Source: an uncultured bacterium (GTDB taxonomy: Bacteria > Omnitrophota > Omnitrophia > Omnitrophales > Aquincolibacteriaceae). Taken from it: a stretch of 64,000 nucleotides of DNA. The notes under the pieces were generated by a model, which did not search any database, was not told the origin of the DNA, and saw only the letters and a list, made by a program, of their open reading frames with translations. Each line of letters starts with the position of its first letter. Position 1 is the stretch's first letter. Shown here one piece after another: positions 17,549 to 27,293 of the stretch. Both the position numbers and the translations under genes were made by a program. The stretch spans positions 204,554 through 268,553 of the forward strand of contig CAYSSX010000003.1 in NCBI GenBank assembly GCA_964434115.1, written 5' to 3'.

Positions 17549-20284
17549 ATGAGAGATTTGACCGTGACAAAACAAAAAGAATCCAAAGCCGGTGCTTCAA
17601 AAAAGCAAACTGCAGAAGAAGTTACAGGCGTATTGACCCAAGCGGCCGCGCCCAAGTGGCTGGAGTCCCTGGAATACGTTGTCGAAAGCATTGTTAAAGA
17701 GAAATCCTCCAACAGAGCCCCCCTTCTTCTTGAAAGACTCATCCGCAAGCTTCGCGAAATCGGGGTTGAAGCCCCTGATGTGGTCAGTACGCCGTATGTC
17801 AATACCATCAAGCCTGAAGAGGAAGTGGACTATCCCGGCGACCGCGAAATCGAAAGACGCATTAAAAGCTATATCCGCTGGAACGCCATGGCGATGGTGG
17901 TTAAGGCCAACCGCATCAGCGGTGTTGGCGGCCACATCTCTACGTTTGCTTCTTCAGCCACGCTCTATGAAGTCGGTTTTAATCATTTCTTCCGCGGATG
18001 GGACAGCGGGGAACCGGGGGATTTCGTTTATTTTCAAGGCCACGCGTCTCCTGGACCGTATGCCCGGGCCTATCTTGAACGCCGTTTGAGCGCGAAAAAC
18101 CTCCACAATTTCCGCCAGGAACTTGCGGAAGGCGGGGGTCTTTCTTCTTATCCGCACCCTTATCTGATGCCGGATTTCTGGCAGTTTCCGACGGTTTCCA
18201 TGGGCCTTGGTCCGCACATGTCGATCTATCAGGCCCGCTTCAACCGTTATTTGAAAAACCGCGGTTTTCTGCCTGCGGGCAAGCGTGAATCGAAAGTCTG
18301 GAGCTATGTCGGCGACGGCGAAATTGATGAACCGGAATCGCTTGGCGCGCTGACGCTTCCTGTCCGCGAAGGTCTTGATAATTTGGTCTGGGTCGTGAAC
18401 TGCAACCTCCAGCGTCTTGATGGGCCTGTGCGCGGCAACGGCAAGATCATTCAGGAACTCGAAGGCGTGTTCCGCGGTGCGGGCTGGAATGTCATTAAGG
18501 TTATCTGGGGATCTCAGTGGGACGAACTTCTTGCCAAGGATACGACCGGCCTTCTCATGAAGCGCATGAATGAGGTTGTGGACGGCGAATACCAGAAATA
18601 TTCTGTCGAGACCGGAAGCTATGTCCGTAAGCATTTCTTTGGAAAATACCCCGAACTTTTGAAGCTTGTGAATCATCTGACCGACGAGCAGATCCATAAA
18701 ATTCTGCGCGGCGGCCACGATCCCCGGAAAGTTTACAATGCCTACAAGGCCGCTTCCGAACACAAGGGCGCTCCCACGGTCATTCTTGCCAAAACCGTCA
18801 AGGGTTACGGACTCGGCGAAGCCGGCGAAGGCCGTAACGTGACGCATCAGCAGAAAAAACTGAACGAAAAAGAACTCCGCGAATTCCGTTCCCGTTTCAA
18901 TGTTCCGATCGCGGATGAGGATGTGGTGGAAGCCCCGTTTTACCGGCCTCCGCAGGACAGCGAAGAAACACGCTACCTGATGGAACGCCGCAAAGAACTG
19001 GGCGGTTTTCTTCCCAAGCGGACGGCCCGCCCCAAGCCTCTGGCTGTTCCGGCCAATGATTATTATTCGGAATTTTATGCAGGCTCAGGCAATCAGGAAG
19101 TTTCCACGACCATGGCCTTTGTCAGAGTGCTGACCAAACTTCTAAGGCATTCGGGCATTGGAAAAAATATCGTTCCGATTATTCCTGACGAAGCGCGTAC
19201 CTTTGGTATGGACGGACTTTTCCGCCAGATCGGCATTTTTTCGCCGAAGGGCCAGCTTTATGAGCCTGTCGACAGCGAAACACTTCTTTATTATCAGGAA
19301 GCTAAAGACGGACAGATCCTTGAAGAAGGGATCAACGAAGCCGGCTCGATCAGTTCGTTTATTGCCGCGGGAACGACCTATGCGACGCATGGCTTCAACA
19401 TGATTCCCTTTTACATCTATTACTCGATGTTCGGATTCCAGCGTGTCGGTGACCAGATGTGGCTGGCGGGCGATATCAAGGCAAAGGGATTTCTCCTCGG
19501 CGCGACTGCGGGCCGTACGACGCTGAACGGTGAGGGGCTTCAACACCAGGACGGACACGGGCATCTGATCGCGAGCACGATTCCGACGCTTTATACCTAT
19601 GACCCGGCTTTCGCATACGAAATCGCGGTGATCATTGAAGAAGGCATCCGCCGCATGTACAAAGAAAACGAAGAAATTTTCTACTACATCACGCTCTATA
19701 ATGAAAACTATCCGATGGCGGCGATGCCTGAAGGTTCCCGTGAAGGTATTTTGAAGGGGCTTTACAAGTTCCGCAAAGGCGGCAAGGGCAAACACAAGGT
19801 TCAGCTTTTCGGAAGCGGCCCGATTATCCGCTCCGCCCTCAAGGCGCAGGAAATCCTCGTGAAATATGGTGTTTCAGCGGATGTCTGGAGTGCGACCAAT
19901 TATAAGCAGCTCCGGACGGAAGCTTTTAATTGCCGCCGGTGGAACATGCTGCACCCTCAGGAAAAACCGCGCAAATCCTACCTTGAAAATCTCCTTGAGA
20001 AAGAGGAAGGCGTCTTCGTGGCGGTTTCAGATAACATGAGAATTGTTCCTGATCAGATCGCGCCTTGGGTTCCCGGAGGCCTTTTCACTTTGGGGACCGA
20101 CGGATTCGGGCGCAGTGATACCCGCGAAAGACTGCGCCGCTTCTTTGAAGTTGACGCTGAGTCCACAGTGATCGGATGTCTCTATGCGCTTTCCCAGAAA
20201 GGTTTGATTCCGGCAAAGACCGTGAACCAGGCCATTAAAGATCTGGGTGTTGATCCCGAAAAGGTTTATCCCATTTGTCTCTAA
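17549..20284 (+). CDS. aceE: pyruvate dehydrogenase E1 component (homodimeric type)
   Basis: A 911-aa ThDP-dependent E1 carrying 'GHISTFASSATLYEVGFNHFF' and 'VGDGEIDEPE'. Confidence 0.9.
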   Translation: MRDLTVTKQKESKAGASKKQTAEEVTGVLTQAAAPKWLESLEYVVESIVKEKSSNRAPLLLERLIRKLREIGVEAPDVVSTPYVNTIKPEEEVDYPGDREIERRIKSYIRWNAMAMVVKANRISGVGGHISTFASSATLYEVGFNHFFRGWDSGEPGDFVYFQGHASPGPYARAYLERRLSAKNLHNFRQELAEGGGLSSYPHPYLMPDFWQFPTVSMGLGPHMSIYQARFNRYLKNRGFLPAGKRESKVWSYVGDGEIDEPESLGALTLPVREGLDNLVWVVNCNLQRLDGPVRGNGKIIQELEGVFRGAGWNVIKVIWGSQWDELLAKDTTGLLMKRMNEVVDGEYQKYSVETGSYVRKHFFGKYPELLKLVNHLTDEQIHKILRGGHDPRKVYNAYKAASEHKGAPTVILAKTVKGYGLGEAGEGRNVTHQQKKLNEKELREFRSRFNVPIADEDVVEAPFYRPPQDSEETRYLMERRKELGGFLPKRTARPKPLAVPANDYYSEFYAGSGNQEVSTTMAFVRVLTKLLRHSGIGKNIVPIIPDEARTFGMDGLFRQIGIFSPKGQLYEPVDSETLLYYQEAKDGQILEEGINEAGSISSFIAAGTTYATHGFNMIPFYIYYSMFGFQRVGDQMWLAGDIKAKGFLLGATAGRTTLNGEGLQHQDGHGHLIASTIPTLYTYDPAFAYEIAVIIEEGIRRMYKENEEIFYYITLYNENYPMAAMPEGSREGILKGLYKFRKGGKGKHKVQLFGSGPIIRSALKAQEILVKYGVSADVWSATNYKQLRTEAFNCRRWNMLHPQEKPRKSYLENLLEKEEGVFVAVSDNMRIVPDQIAPWVPGGLFTLGTDGFGRSDTRERLRRFFEVDAESTVIGCLYALSQKGLIPAKTVNQAIKDLGVDPEKVYPICL

Positions 20285-20313
20285 TTGCAACCGCGTAAGC
20301 AAAGGAAAAGAAT

Positions 20314-21720
20314 ATGGAGATTCGAGTTCCAAGGCTTGGTGAAGGCGCCGATTCCGGCACGGTCATCAATGTTTTCGTTAAAGAAGGGGATAAAGTCGAA
20401 AAAAATCAGACGATCCTCGAACTTGAAAATGAAAAAGCTGTAGCGCCGATTCCGGCTTCAGAGGCCGGTGTTGTTTCCAAAGTGCATATGAAAGTCGGTG
20501 ACAAGGTTACGGTGGGACAGCTGATTGTGACGTTGGCGGGCGGCGGGACTTCCAGCGCACCGGCCCCTGCGGCACCAAAACCGCAGGCCGCCCCTCAGCC
20601 GCAGCCGGTTCCAGTTCAGCCCGTTTATCAGCAAGCACCTGCGGCGCCTCAACAGGCTTCCGGTCAATATCAGTACCAGTCGGCTACAGGGTTTGCTCCT
20701 CCCGCATCACCTTCGATCCGCAAAATGGCCCGCGATCTAGGCCTTGATTTGACGCGTGTCCGCGGCAGCGAGCTTGGCGGACGTATTGTTCTTGCGGACG
20801 TTAGAGCTTACATTCAACATCTCCAGTCAGGGGCGTTTTCAGGCGGCGCTGTTCAGGCTGCACCTGCCGCAGCTCCAGCAAAAGCTCCTGCGGAGTCGAT
20901 TGATTTTTCGAAGTGGGGGAAAGTTACAAAAAAACCGCTGAGTTCCCTGCGCAAGAAAATCGGCGAAAAGATGGTGGAATCCTGGAACTCGATTCCGCAT
21001 GTCACGCAGAATGACGAAGTCGACGTTACCGATCTCATGGCGTGGACCAAACAATATGGCCCCGAGTATGAGAAAAAAGGGGTTCGGCTCACGCTCACGG
21101 CGGTGATTCTCAAGGCCTGTGTCCAGGCGCTTAAGAAATACCCCGGCGTTAATGCCAGCCTTGATGAAAACACAGGCGAGCTTGTTCTTAAGGAATACTA
21201 TCACCTGGGCGTTGCGGTAGACACTGAGCAGGGACTCATTGTTCCCGTGCTGCGTGACATTGATAAAAAGAATCTTTATGAAATTTCCAAGGAACTCGGT
21301 GAGCTTGCGGAAAAGACCCGCCAGCGTAAAGTTTCCCTGGATGAGCTCAAAGGCGGAACCTTTACGATTTCCAACCTCGGAGGAATCGGGGGCGCGCATT
21401 TCACTCCGATCATCAATAAGCCTGAAGTTGCGATCCTTGGCGTTTCCCGCGGGGTTTTGAAGCCTGTGATCCGGAACCAGAAACTGGACCAGCGGGTGTT
21501 GATGCCTGTGTCGCTGTCCTATGACCACCGTGTGATCGATGGTGCTGACGGCGCCCGGTTCATCCGTGAGCTGGTGAAGGCTCTCGAAACATTTCCTCAG
21601 GAAGAAATTAAACTGGGCGGAGGCAGTGCTAAAAAAGCTGCTGAAGCGCCCGCGAAACCGGCGAAAGCCAGCAGCGAAGCCCAGAAGGTTAAAGTTGCAG
21701 CTGGGAAAGGGAAGAAATGA
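20314..21720 (+). CDS. aceF: dihydrolipoamide acetyltransferase E2 (one lipoyl domain)
   Basis: Lipoyl-lysine context 'LELENEKAVAPI', an Ala/Pro linker, an E3-binding domain and the catalytic 'SLSYDHRVIDGADGARF'. Confidence 0.9.
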   Translation: MEIRVPRLGEGADSGTVINVFVKEGDKVEKNQTILELENEKAVAPIPASEAGVVSKVHMKVGDKVTVGQLIVTLAGGGTSSAPAPAAPKPQAAPQPQPVPVQPVYQQAPAAPQQASGQYQYQSATGFAPPASPSIRKMARDLGLDLTRVRGSELGGRIVLADVRAYIQHLQSGAFSGGAVQAAPAAAPAKAPAESIDFSKWGKVTKKPLSSLRKKIGEKMVESWNSIPHVTQNDEVDVTDLMAWTKQYGPEYEKKGVRLTLTAVILKACVQALKKYPGVNASLDENTGELVLKEYYHLGVAVDTEQGLIVPVLRDIDKKNLYEISKELGELAEKTRQRKVSLDELKGGTFTISNLGGIGGAHFTPIINKPEVAILGVSRGVLKPVIRNQKLDQRVLMPVSLSYDHRVIDGADGARFIRELVKALETFPQEEIKLGGGSAKKAAEAPAKPAKASSEAQKVKVAAGKGKK

Positions 21721-23159
21721 ATCCGATCAAGACTGATATCGTTGTTTTAGGGGCTGGTCCCGGCGGATACGCCGCTGCCTTTTATGCGGCTGACAAAGGA
21801 AAGAAAGTTGTTTTGGTTGAAAAAGAAACGCGCTTGGGCGGTGTTTGCCTCAACCGCGGCTGCATTCCCTCAAAAACGCTTTTGCACGCAACCAAATTGA
21901 TCAAAGAAGCCCAGGAATCGGATTTCCGGGGCATCACTTTTGGGACGCCTAAAATTGATCTCGCAAAAATGCGCCAGTGGAAAGAATCCATTCTGGACAA
22001 ACTCAGCGGCGGTATCCGTGGTTTGGCGTCCCGCCGAGGCGTTGAAGTGATGAGCGGACGCGGTTATTTCGAAGATTCCAATACGCTTCGCGTGGAAACT
22101 TCCGAAGGGCAAAAATTTATTCAGTACGATCAAGCGATCGTGGCTGTCGGGTCTAAGCCGGCTCTTCCGGCGGCTTTTGATCTTGGGAACCCGCGCATCA
22201 TGACGTCGACAGAGGCTCTTGAGCTTGAGGAGATTCCGAATGATCTTCTGATTGTTGGCGGAGGTTATATCGGGATGGAGCTGGGAACCGTGTATGCCAC
22301 GCTGGGCAGTAAGATTGTTCTTGTAGAGGCGATGGACGCCATTTTGGCCGGAGCGGATCCTGATCTTGCTCGTCCTGTTGCCAAGTATGCCGAAAAGAAC
22401 TTTAAAGAAGTCCGCCTGAAAACCAAGGTGATTAAAATGGCCACTCAGAAAAAGCAGATTCTGGTGGTGATGGATGTGGATGGCGTGAAAAAAGAAGAGC
22501 TTTACGACCGGGTGCTTGTGTCGGTGGGCCGTTCACCCAATTGTGAAGACCTGGGGCTTGAGAATACGAAGGTTGCTGTGGATGAAAAGGGTTTTATCCG
22601 CGTCAACAATCATCAACAGACGGCCGATCCGGCGATTTTTGCGATTGGAGACTGTGTCGGCGGCGCTCTTCTCGCCCATAAAGCAGCCAAGGAAGCCCGC
22701 ATTGCCGTGGAGGTGATCACGGGCGAAGAAAGTATTTTCGAAAGTATTATTCCGGCGGTTGTTTTTACCGATCCTGAAGTTGCCTGGTGCGGGCTCACGG
22801 AAGCGGAAGCCCGTAAAAAGGGGATTGCCGTGGAAGTTGTGAAGTTTCCTTGGTCAGCTTCAGGCCGTGCGATGACTTTTGACCGCACGGACGGTATGAC
22901 AAAGCTTGTGATTGAGCCTGAAACCGAACGTATTATCGGTGTTGGGATTGTGGGACACGGTGCCGGTGAGCTGATCGCCGAAGGTGTTCTTGCGATCGAG
23001 ATGGGCGCAACAGTGACAGATCTTGCCGAATGCATTCATCCGCACCCGACGCTTTCCGAGACTCTTATGGAAAGCGCCGAGATGTTTTTTGGCCATGCGA
23101 CACATGCCTTTTCCCGCGCGCACCGCAAAGAGGAAGCTGCAGAAACTGCCAAGGCATAA
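21717..23159 (+). CDS. lpdA: dihydrolipoyl dehydrogenase E3
   Basis: 'VVLGAGPGGYAAAF' with the redox disulfide 'GGVCLNRGCIPSK'. An ATGA overlap couples it to aceF. Confidence 0.9.
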   Translation: MNPIKTDIVVLGAGPGGYAAAFYAADKGKKVVLVEKETRLGGVCLNRGCIPSKTLLHATKLIKEAQESDFRGITFGTPKIDLAKMRQWKESILDKLSGGIRGLASRRGVEVMSGRGYFEDSNTLRVETSEGQKFIQYDQAIVAVGSKPALPAAFDLGNPRIMTSTEALELEEIPNDLLIVGGGYIGMELGTVYATLGSKIVLVEAMDAILAGADPDLARPVAKYAEKNFKEVRLKTKVIKMATQKKQILVVMDVDGVKKEELYDRVLVSVGRSPNCEDLGLENTKVAVDEKGFIRVNNHQQTADPAIFAIGDCVGGALLAHKAAKEARIAVEVITGEESIFESIIPAVVFTDPEVAWCGLTEAEARKKGIAVEVVKFPWSASGRAMTFDRTDGMTKLVIEPETERIIGVGIVGHGAGELIAEGVLAIEMGATVTDLAECIHPHPTLSETLMESAEMFFGHATHAFSRAHRKEEAAETAKA

Positions 23160-23184
23160 GCGCCAAACCCCTTCAAACCCATGG

Positions 23185-23221
23185 GAGGCTCCGGATTGTT
23201 TTTCCGGAGCCTCTTTTTTTT
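23185..23221 (+). terminator. rho-independent terminator after the PDH operon
   Basis: A perfect 11-bp stem (GAGGCTCCGGA / TCCGGAGCCTC) with a 7-nt loop, followed by a run of 8 T. Confidence 0.65.
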
Positions 23222-23257
23222 CTTGGTGAGACCCTGCTCTTTTGTCATAATCGGAGC

Positions 23258-23608
23258 ATGCGAACCTCAACGAAAGCCCCGGACCTGACTCGTCGAAAGT
23301 GTCTTCCCTGCAAAGGGCTGACCAAACCGCTTGACTTAAAAAGAGTTAAAATTTTACTCCCCCGTGTTTCCGGGTGGGAATCCACGGGAACAGAAATTTC
23401 CAAAACATTTACTTTTAAGGATTATTATCAAACCACGGCTTTTGTGAATGCCGTTGCCTGGATAGCCCATGAGGAAGATCATCACCCGGAAATAGATTTT
23501 TCTTATAAAACCTGCCGTATCCGATATTCCACCCACGCTATCGGGGGGCTTTCGGAAAATGATTTTATCTGTGCCGCGAAAATAAACCGGCTGCTGCTGC
23601 GCGACTAA
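23258..23608 (+). CDS. phhB: pterin-4a-carbinolamine dehydratase (PCD/DCoH)
   Basis: 'FKDYYQTTAFVNAVAWIAHEEDHHPEIDFSYKTCRIRYSTHAIGGLSENDFICAAKI' is the PCD signature with the EDHHP motif. Confidence 0.75.
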   Translation: MRTSTKAPDLTRRKCLPCKGLTKPLDLKRVKILLPRVSGWESTGTEISKTFTFKDYYQTTAFVNAVAWIAHEEDHHPEIDFSYKTCRIRYSTHAIGGLSENDFICAAKINRLLLRD

Positions 23609-23619
23609 GAGGCCCTCGT

Positions 23620-24405
23620 ATGAAATTCAGGCATGCTTTTTTTCTCTTTTTTACCATTCTGATGGCTCCCGCTTTTGCTCACGCGGCGCTGCAGCGTGAG
23701 GATGTGGAGTATAAAGACGGCGATCAGGTCCTTCAGGGATACCTGGTTTATGATGACGCTATAACCGGAAAGCGGCCGGCCGTGATGGTTGTGCATGAAT
23801 GGAAAGGCCTTGGAGATTATGCAAAGCGGCGTGCGGACATGCTGGCAGGCATGGGGTATGTTGCTTTTGCTGCGGATATGTATGGCAAAGGAGTCCGGGC
23901 TTCGACACATGAAGAGGCGGCAAAGCTTGCGGGGATTTATCTTTCTGACCGCACAAAGATGAGAAACCGTGCAAAGGCCGCCATGAGTTTTTTGGAAACA
24001 CATGAACTTGTCGACCCTTCGCGAATGGCCGCTATCGGTTATTGTTTTGGCGGAGCGGCTGTTCTTGAAATGGCCCGTGCGGGCTTTGACTTGAAAGGTG
24101 TCGCCAGTTTTCATGGCGCACTGAAAACGCCTTCACCAGCTTCCTTGGGGGAGGTAAAAGCTAAGGTCATGGTTTTTCATGGAAGTCTCGATAAATTTGT
24201 TACGACTGAAGACATAGCCGCTTTCCAAAAAGAAATGACAGAAGCCGATGCGGATTGGCAAATGGTTTTTTTCTCAAAAGCCGTCCACAGTTTTACGGTT
24301 GCTGAAGCGGGCGATAACCCGGCCTCGGGCATTGCTTATAACCGTGAAGCCGATGAACGTTCCTGGAAAATGCTGGCACTTTTCTTCCAGGAAATATTTT
24401 CCTGA
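23620..24405 (+). CDS. secreted dienelactone-hydrolase-family protein
   Basis: The signal peptide is 'ILMAPAFAHAA'. The DLH fold shows 'AVMVVHEWKGL', the nucleophile elbow 'GYCFGG' and the His region 'AVHSF'. Confidence 0.8.
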   Translation: MKFRHAFFLFFTILMAPAFAHAALQREDVEYKDGDQVLQGYLVYDDAITGKRPAVMVVHEWKGLGDYAKRRADMLAGMGYVAFAADMYGKGVRASTHEEAAKLAGIYLSDRTKMRNRAKAAMSFLETHELVDPSRMAAIGYCFGGAAVLEMARAGFDLKGVASFHGALKTPSPASLGEVKAKVMVFHGSLDKFVTTEDIAAFQKEMTEADADWQMVFFSKAVHSFTVAEAGDNPASGIAYNREADERSWKMLALFFQEIFS

Positions 24406-24410
24406 CCCCT

Positions 24411-25907
24411 GTGCGAAGAGACCTCGAAAAACTCAAACGTCAGACTTTTGATCTTCTTGTTGTCGGCGGCGGTATTAACGGCTCCGCCATTGCGCATCTC
24501 GCAGCCCTCCGTGGTTTAAAAACAGCGCTTATCGAAAAGAAAGACTTCGCGTCGGGGACATCGAGTAAATCCTCGAAGCTCATCCACGGCGGCATCCGCT
24601 ACCTGGAAAATTTCCAATTCAAACTGGTCCGGGAAGCTCTTCGCGAGCGCTATTTTCATGTCCAAAAAGTTCCCCATCTGGTCCGCCCTTTGGCTTTCGT
24701 GATTCCCGTGTATGAGGGGGATAAGCGGCCGCTTTGGCTTATGAAAGTGGGAGTGTTCCTTTATGACCTTCTGGCGGGAGCGCGAAGCACCGGGCCGCAT
24801 CAAAGCATGGACGCTGAAACGGTACTCAAAAGGGAACCCGGGCTGCGCCGGGAGGGCCTCCTGGGCGGAGTCCTCTATTACGATGCCTTGATGGATGATG
24901 CCCGGCTTTGCCTTGAAAATGTTTTAAGCGCCGATCAGCGGGGCGCCGCATGCGCGAACTACCTTGAAGTGACCGGCTTTTTAAAGGAGAACGGCAGGGT
25001 GGCCGGAGTCCAGGTTCAAGACCTGCTGGAGCCTGACTCTTCCCGTTTTGAAATCCGGGCAAAACGCGTTGTCTGCTGCGGCGGTGCCTGGACCCATTCA
25101 CTGCTGATGCTTGATGACCCCCGCGCAGAATCCCGAATCCGTCCTACCAAGGGGGTTCATCTTGTCACATCGAAAAAGATTTCAAAAAACGCCCTCCTTA
25201 TTCCCTCAAAGAGGGACAACCGGATTTTTTTTATTATTCCCTGGAAGGGAGGTACGATGATTGGAACCACGGACACTGATTTCCGGGGAAATCCTGATCA
25301 GGTTGAAGCGGACGATTCGGACATAGAATATCTTTTGACAGAGACGGCGAGGGTTTTTCCAGACGCGAAGCTTTCCAGAGAATCCGTCGATGTCACTTTT
25401 GCGGGCCTTCGGCCGCTCCTGAAAAAAAGCGGAAATGCGTCGAGTGTTTCCCGGGAACATGAAGTGACGGAAACTCCCTCAGGACTTTTTTTTGTGACTG
25501 GAGGGAAATACACAACCTACCGGGCGGTTGCGGAGGATTTTGTGAACCGGCTTATTTCAGGGCCGGGCATTGAAAGTCTATTTGGCAGCGGCACCCTGGA
25601 AACAGCGGAAGTGCTGGCCTCGAAATTTTCTGTTTCAACCGAAACCGCAGCCTACCTTTTGGAAAAATACGGGAGCCGTGCCGTCGACATTCTTGGTCTC
25701 GTAAAAAAAGACAGCTCTTTGGGAAAGCAAATCACACAGGGGCACCCGGCTATCTTTGCGCAGATTCCGTATTCTGTGGACGTTGAAATGGCGCAAACCG
25801 TTGAAGATGTGCTTGCCCGGCGGCTTACGCTGGCTTATTCCCCCTTGGAGTTGAAAGCGGCAGGGCAAGCGATCATTCAAGCGCTTCACGAAAGCGGTAT
25901 GAAATAG
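24411..25907 (+). CDS. glpD: FAD-dependent glycerol-3-phosphate dehydrogenase
   Basis: GTG start. The FAD fingerprint is 'DLLVVGGGINGSAIA', followed by 'SGTSSKSSKLIHGGIRYLE'. Confidence 0.8.
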   Translation: MRRDLEKLKRQTFDLLVVGGGINGSAIAHLAALRGLKTALIEKKDFASGTSSKSSKLIHGGIRYLENFQFKLVREALRERYFHVQKVPHLVRPLAFVIPVYEGDKRPLWLMKVGVFLYDLLAGARSTGPHQSMDAETVLKREPGLRREGLLGGVLYYDALMDDARLCLENVLSADQRGAACANYLEVTGFLKENGRVAGVQVQDLLEPDSSRFEIRAKRVVCCGGAWTHSLLMLDDPRAESRIRPTKGVHLVTSKKISKNALLIPSKRDNRIFFIIPWKGGTMIGTTDTDFRGNPDQVEADDSDIEYLLTETARVFPDAKLSRESVDVTFAGLRPLLKKSGNASSVSREHEVTETPSGLFFVTGGKYTTYRAVAEDFVNRLISGPGIESLFGSGTLETAEVLASKFSVSTETAAYLLEKYGSRAVDILGLVKKDSSLGKQITQGHPAIFAQIPYSVDVEMAQTVEDVLARRLTLAYSPLELKAAGQAIIQALHESGMK

Positions 25908-25993
25908 GCACTATCTTCTTTTAAATCTGCATCTTAGAGCGTTTTACACCCCCTTTATTCCTGCAAAAAATTGACTTTTTAAAGAAAAATAAG

Positions 25994-26022
25994 TTGTAAA
26001 GAGCCCTTTCAGAGGTTATATT
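25994..26022 (+). promoter_or_regulatory. putative sigma70-type promoter (TTGTAA – 17 nt – TATATT)
   Basis: Read directly in the AT-rich spacer upstream of the 26077 ORF. Confidence 0.3.
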
Positions 26023-26076
26023 TACGCACATATTAAATTCCTTAAAAAAGAGTTTAAATTCGAACCCAGGTGACCC

Positions 26077-26361
26077 ATGGTAAATCAGAGTTTTCTTAAA
26101 GGAAAATTGATCATCGTGACCCTCGGTTTATTTGCCGCTGGTTTTTCCCAAAGTCTTTATGCTGCCGAATATATACAAATGAAACAGGGGTATCAGCCTG
26201 TGGTTTCACTTGATGAAATGAACCGGCGTGTTGTTCTGGCTGTTGGCGAAAGCAAAATGGTCCCTCTTGAAGAAGGCAGTGTGGGGCGCAGGACTTACCT
26301 TCAGCCTGCCGAAGAGGAATCTCAAGCAAAACCGGCTAAAAATGCGGGTGCCGCTTCATGA
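26077..26361 (+). CDS. small secreted hypothetical protein, 94 aa
   Basis: An N-terminal signal peptide (LIIVTLGLFAAGFSQSLYAAE) and no recognisable family. Confidence 0.4.
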   Translation: MVNQSFLKGKLIIVTLGLFAAGFSQSLYAAEYIQMKQGYQPVVSLDEMNRRVVLAVGESKMVPLEEGSVGRRTYLQPAEEESQAKPAKNAGAAS

Positions 26362-26510
26362 GTGAAGCCCTGCAAGAACGGGAAACCGAAAAAGTCCCGG
26401 ATGAAAAGAAGTACGATCCCCGTCAGTTGAACCTCTACCGCATCACTTCCCTGATTTATCAAACCCGCAAAAAAATCTCCGAAGAAATTACCACCAGCAT
26501 CCGTTCCTGA
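26358..26510 (+). CDS. small hydrophilic ORF, 50 aa, start overlapping the upstream stop (ATGA)
   Basis: ATG at 26358 inside ...gcttcATGAgtg.... It is absent from the ORF track, probably because of a size cutoff. The only evidence is the translational-coupling geometry. Confidence 0.25.
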   Translation: MSEALQERETEKVPDEKKYDPRQLNLYRITSLIYQTRKKISEEITTSIRS

Positions 26511-26578
26511 TTCCAGTCAAGGAAATCGACCTTCAAGACGTTACTAGACTTTGTAACTCTAATAAACCTTGAGGGGCT

Positions 26579-26968
26579 ATGCTCAAACAGCTTGCAGGTA
26601 AAAAAATTCTGGTCATTGATGACGAGGAATACCTCGTCAAACTCCTTAAATCACGGCTTTTGATTAATCGTTTTGAAGTGATTACGGCCGGGGGATCCCA
26701 GGAAGGGCTTGCCATTGTTGCGAAGGAAAAACCAGACCTTGTCGTTGTCGATGTCCTGATGCCGGAAATGAATGGCGCTGAATTTGTTAAGCAGCTGCGG
26801 AAAAGCTATTCCTCCGAGGAAGTCCCTGTGATTGTGATCTCAGCACAGCCTGATACCCGGACTCTTTTTAAGGATCATGAAATTTCAGCTTTTGTAAATA
26901 AACCCTTCCAGCCCGAAGACTTTATCCGTCAGGTCAAACAAGCGCTGCACCGCCCTTCCGAAGCTTAG
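26579..26968 (+). CDS. single-domain response regulator (CheY-like receiver only)
   Basis: 'KILVIDDEEYLV', 'LVVVDVLMPEMNG', 'PVIVISA' and 'FVNKPF' give a complete receiver with an intact phospho-acceptor Asp. Confidence 0.85.
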   Translation: MLKQLAGKKILVIDDEEYLVKLLKSRLLINRFEVITAGGSQEGLAIVAKEKPDLVVVDVLMPEMNGAEFVKQLRKSYSSEEVPVIVISAQPDTRTLFKDHEISAFVNKPFQPEDFIRQVKQALHRPSEA

Positions 26969-27195
26969 ACCTGAAAGAATTCTCTCCCGCCGATTAAAAT
27001 TTTCTTAAATCCCTCTCCGGCTTTTTTATACCACGGTGTTTTGGTCGAGGACCAGTATCCGCTGGGTTTTCTGAAATAGGCACTTTTTTCAACCTGATAG
27101 GGTGCTTTTCGTTCCGCGAGGGCCGGGCGGCAGACTCCGAGGCTGAGGATGAGGACCGCGAAGAGAAGGGGAGTTCGGTTAGGGAAAGGCTTCAC
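26965..27195 (-). CDS. small secreted hypothetical protein, 76 aa
   Basis: GTG start and a signal peptide (LLFAVLILSLGVCRPALA). It is convergent with the receiver gene and overlaps its stop. Coding status is uncertain. Confidence 0.3.
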   Translation of the reverse strand: MKPFPNRTPLLFAVLILSLGVCRPALAERKAPYQVEKSAYFRKPSGYWSSTKTPWYKKAGEGFKKILIGGREFFQV

Positions 27196-27293
27196 AACCT
27201 AGCTATCGGCTTTGCGGAACGCCCTCTTAAGCCGCAGATTGGCCTTTTCATGAAGAGGCAGGGTTTGTACAATCTCCAAAAAAGGAAACCAAG

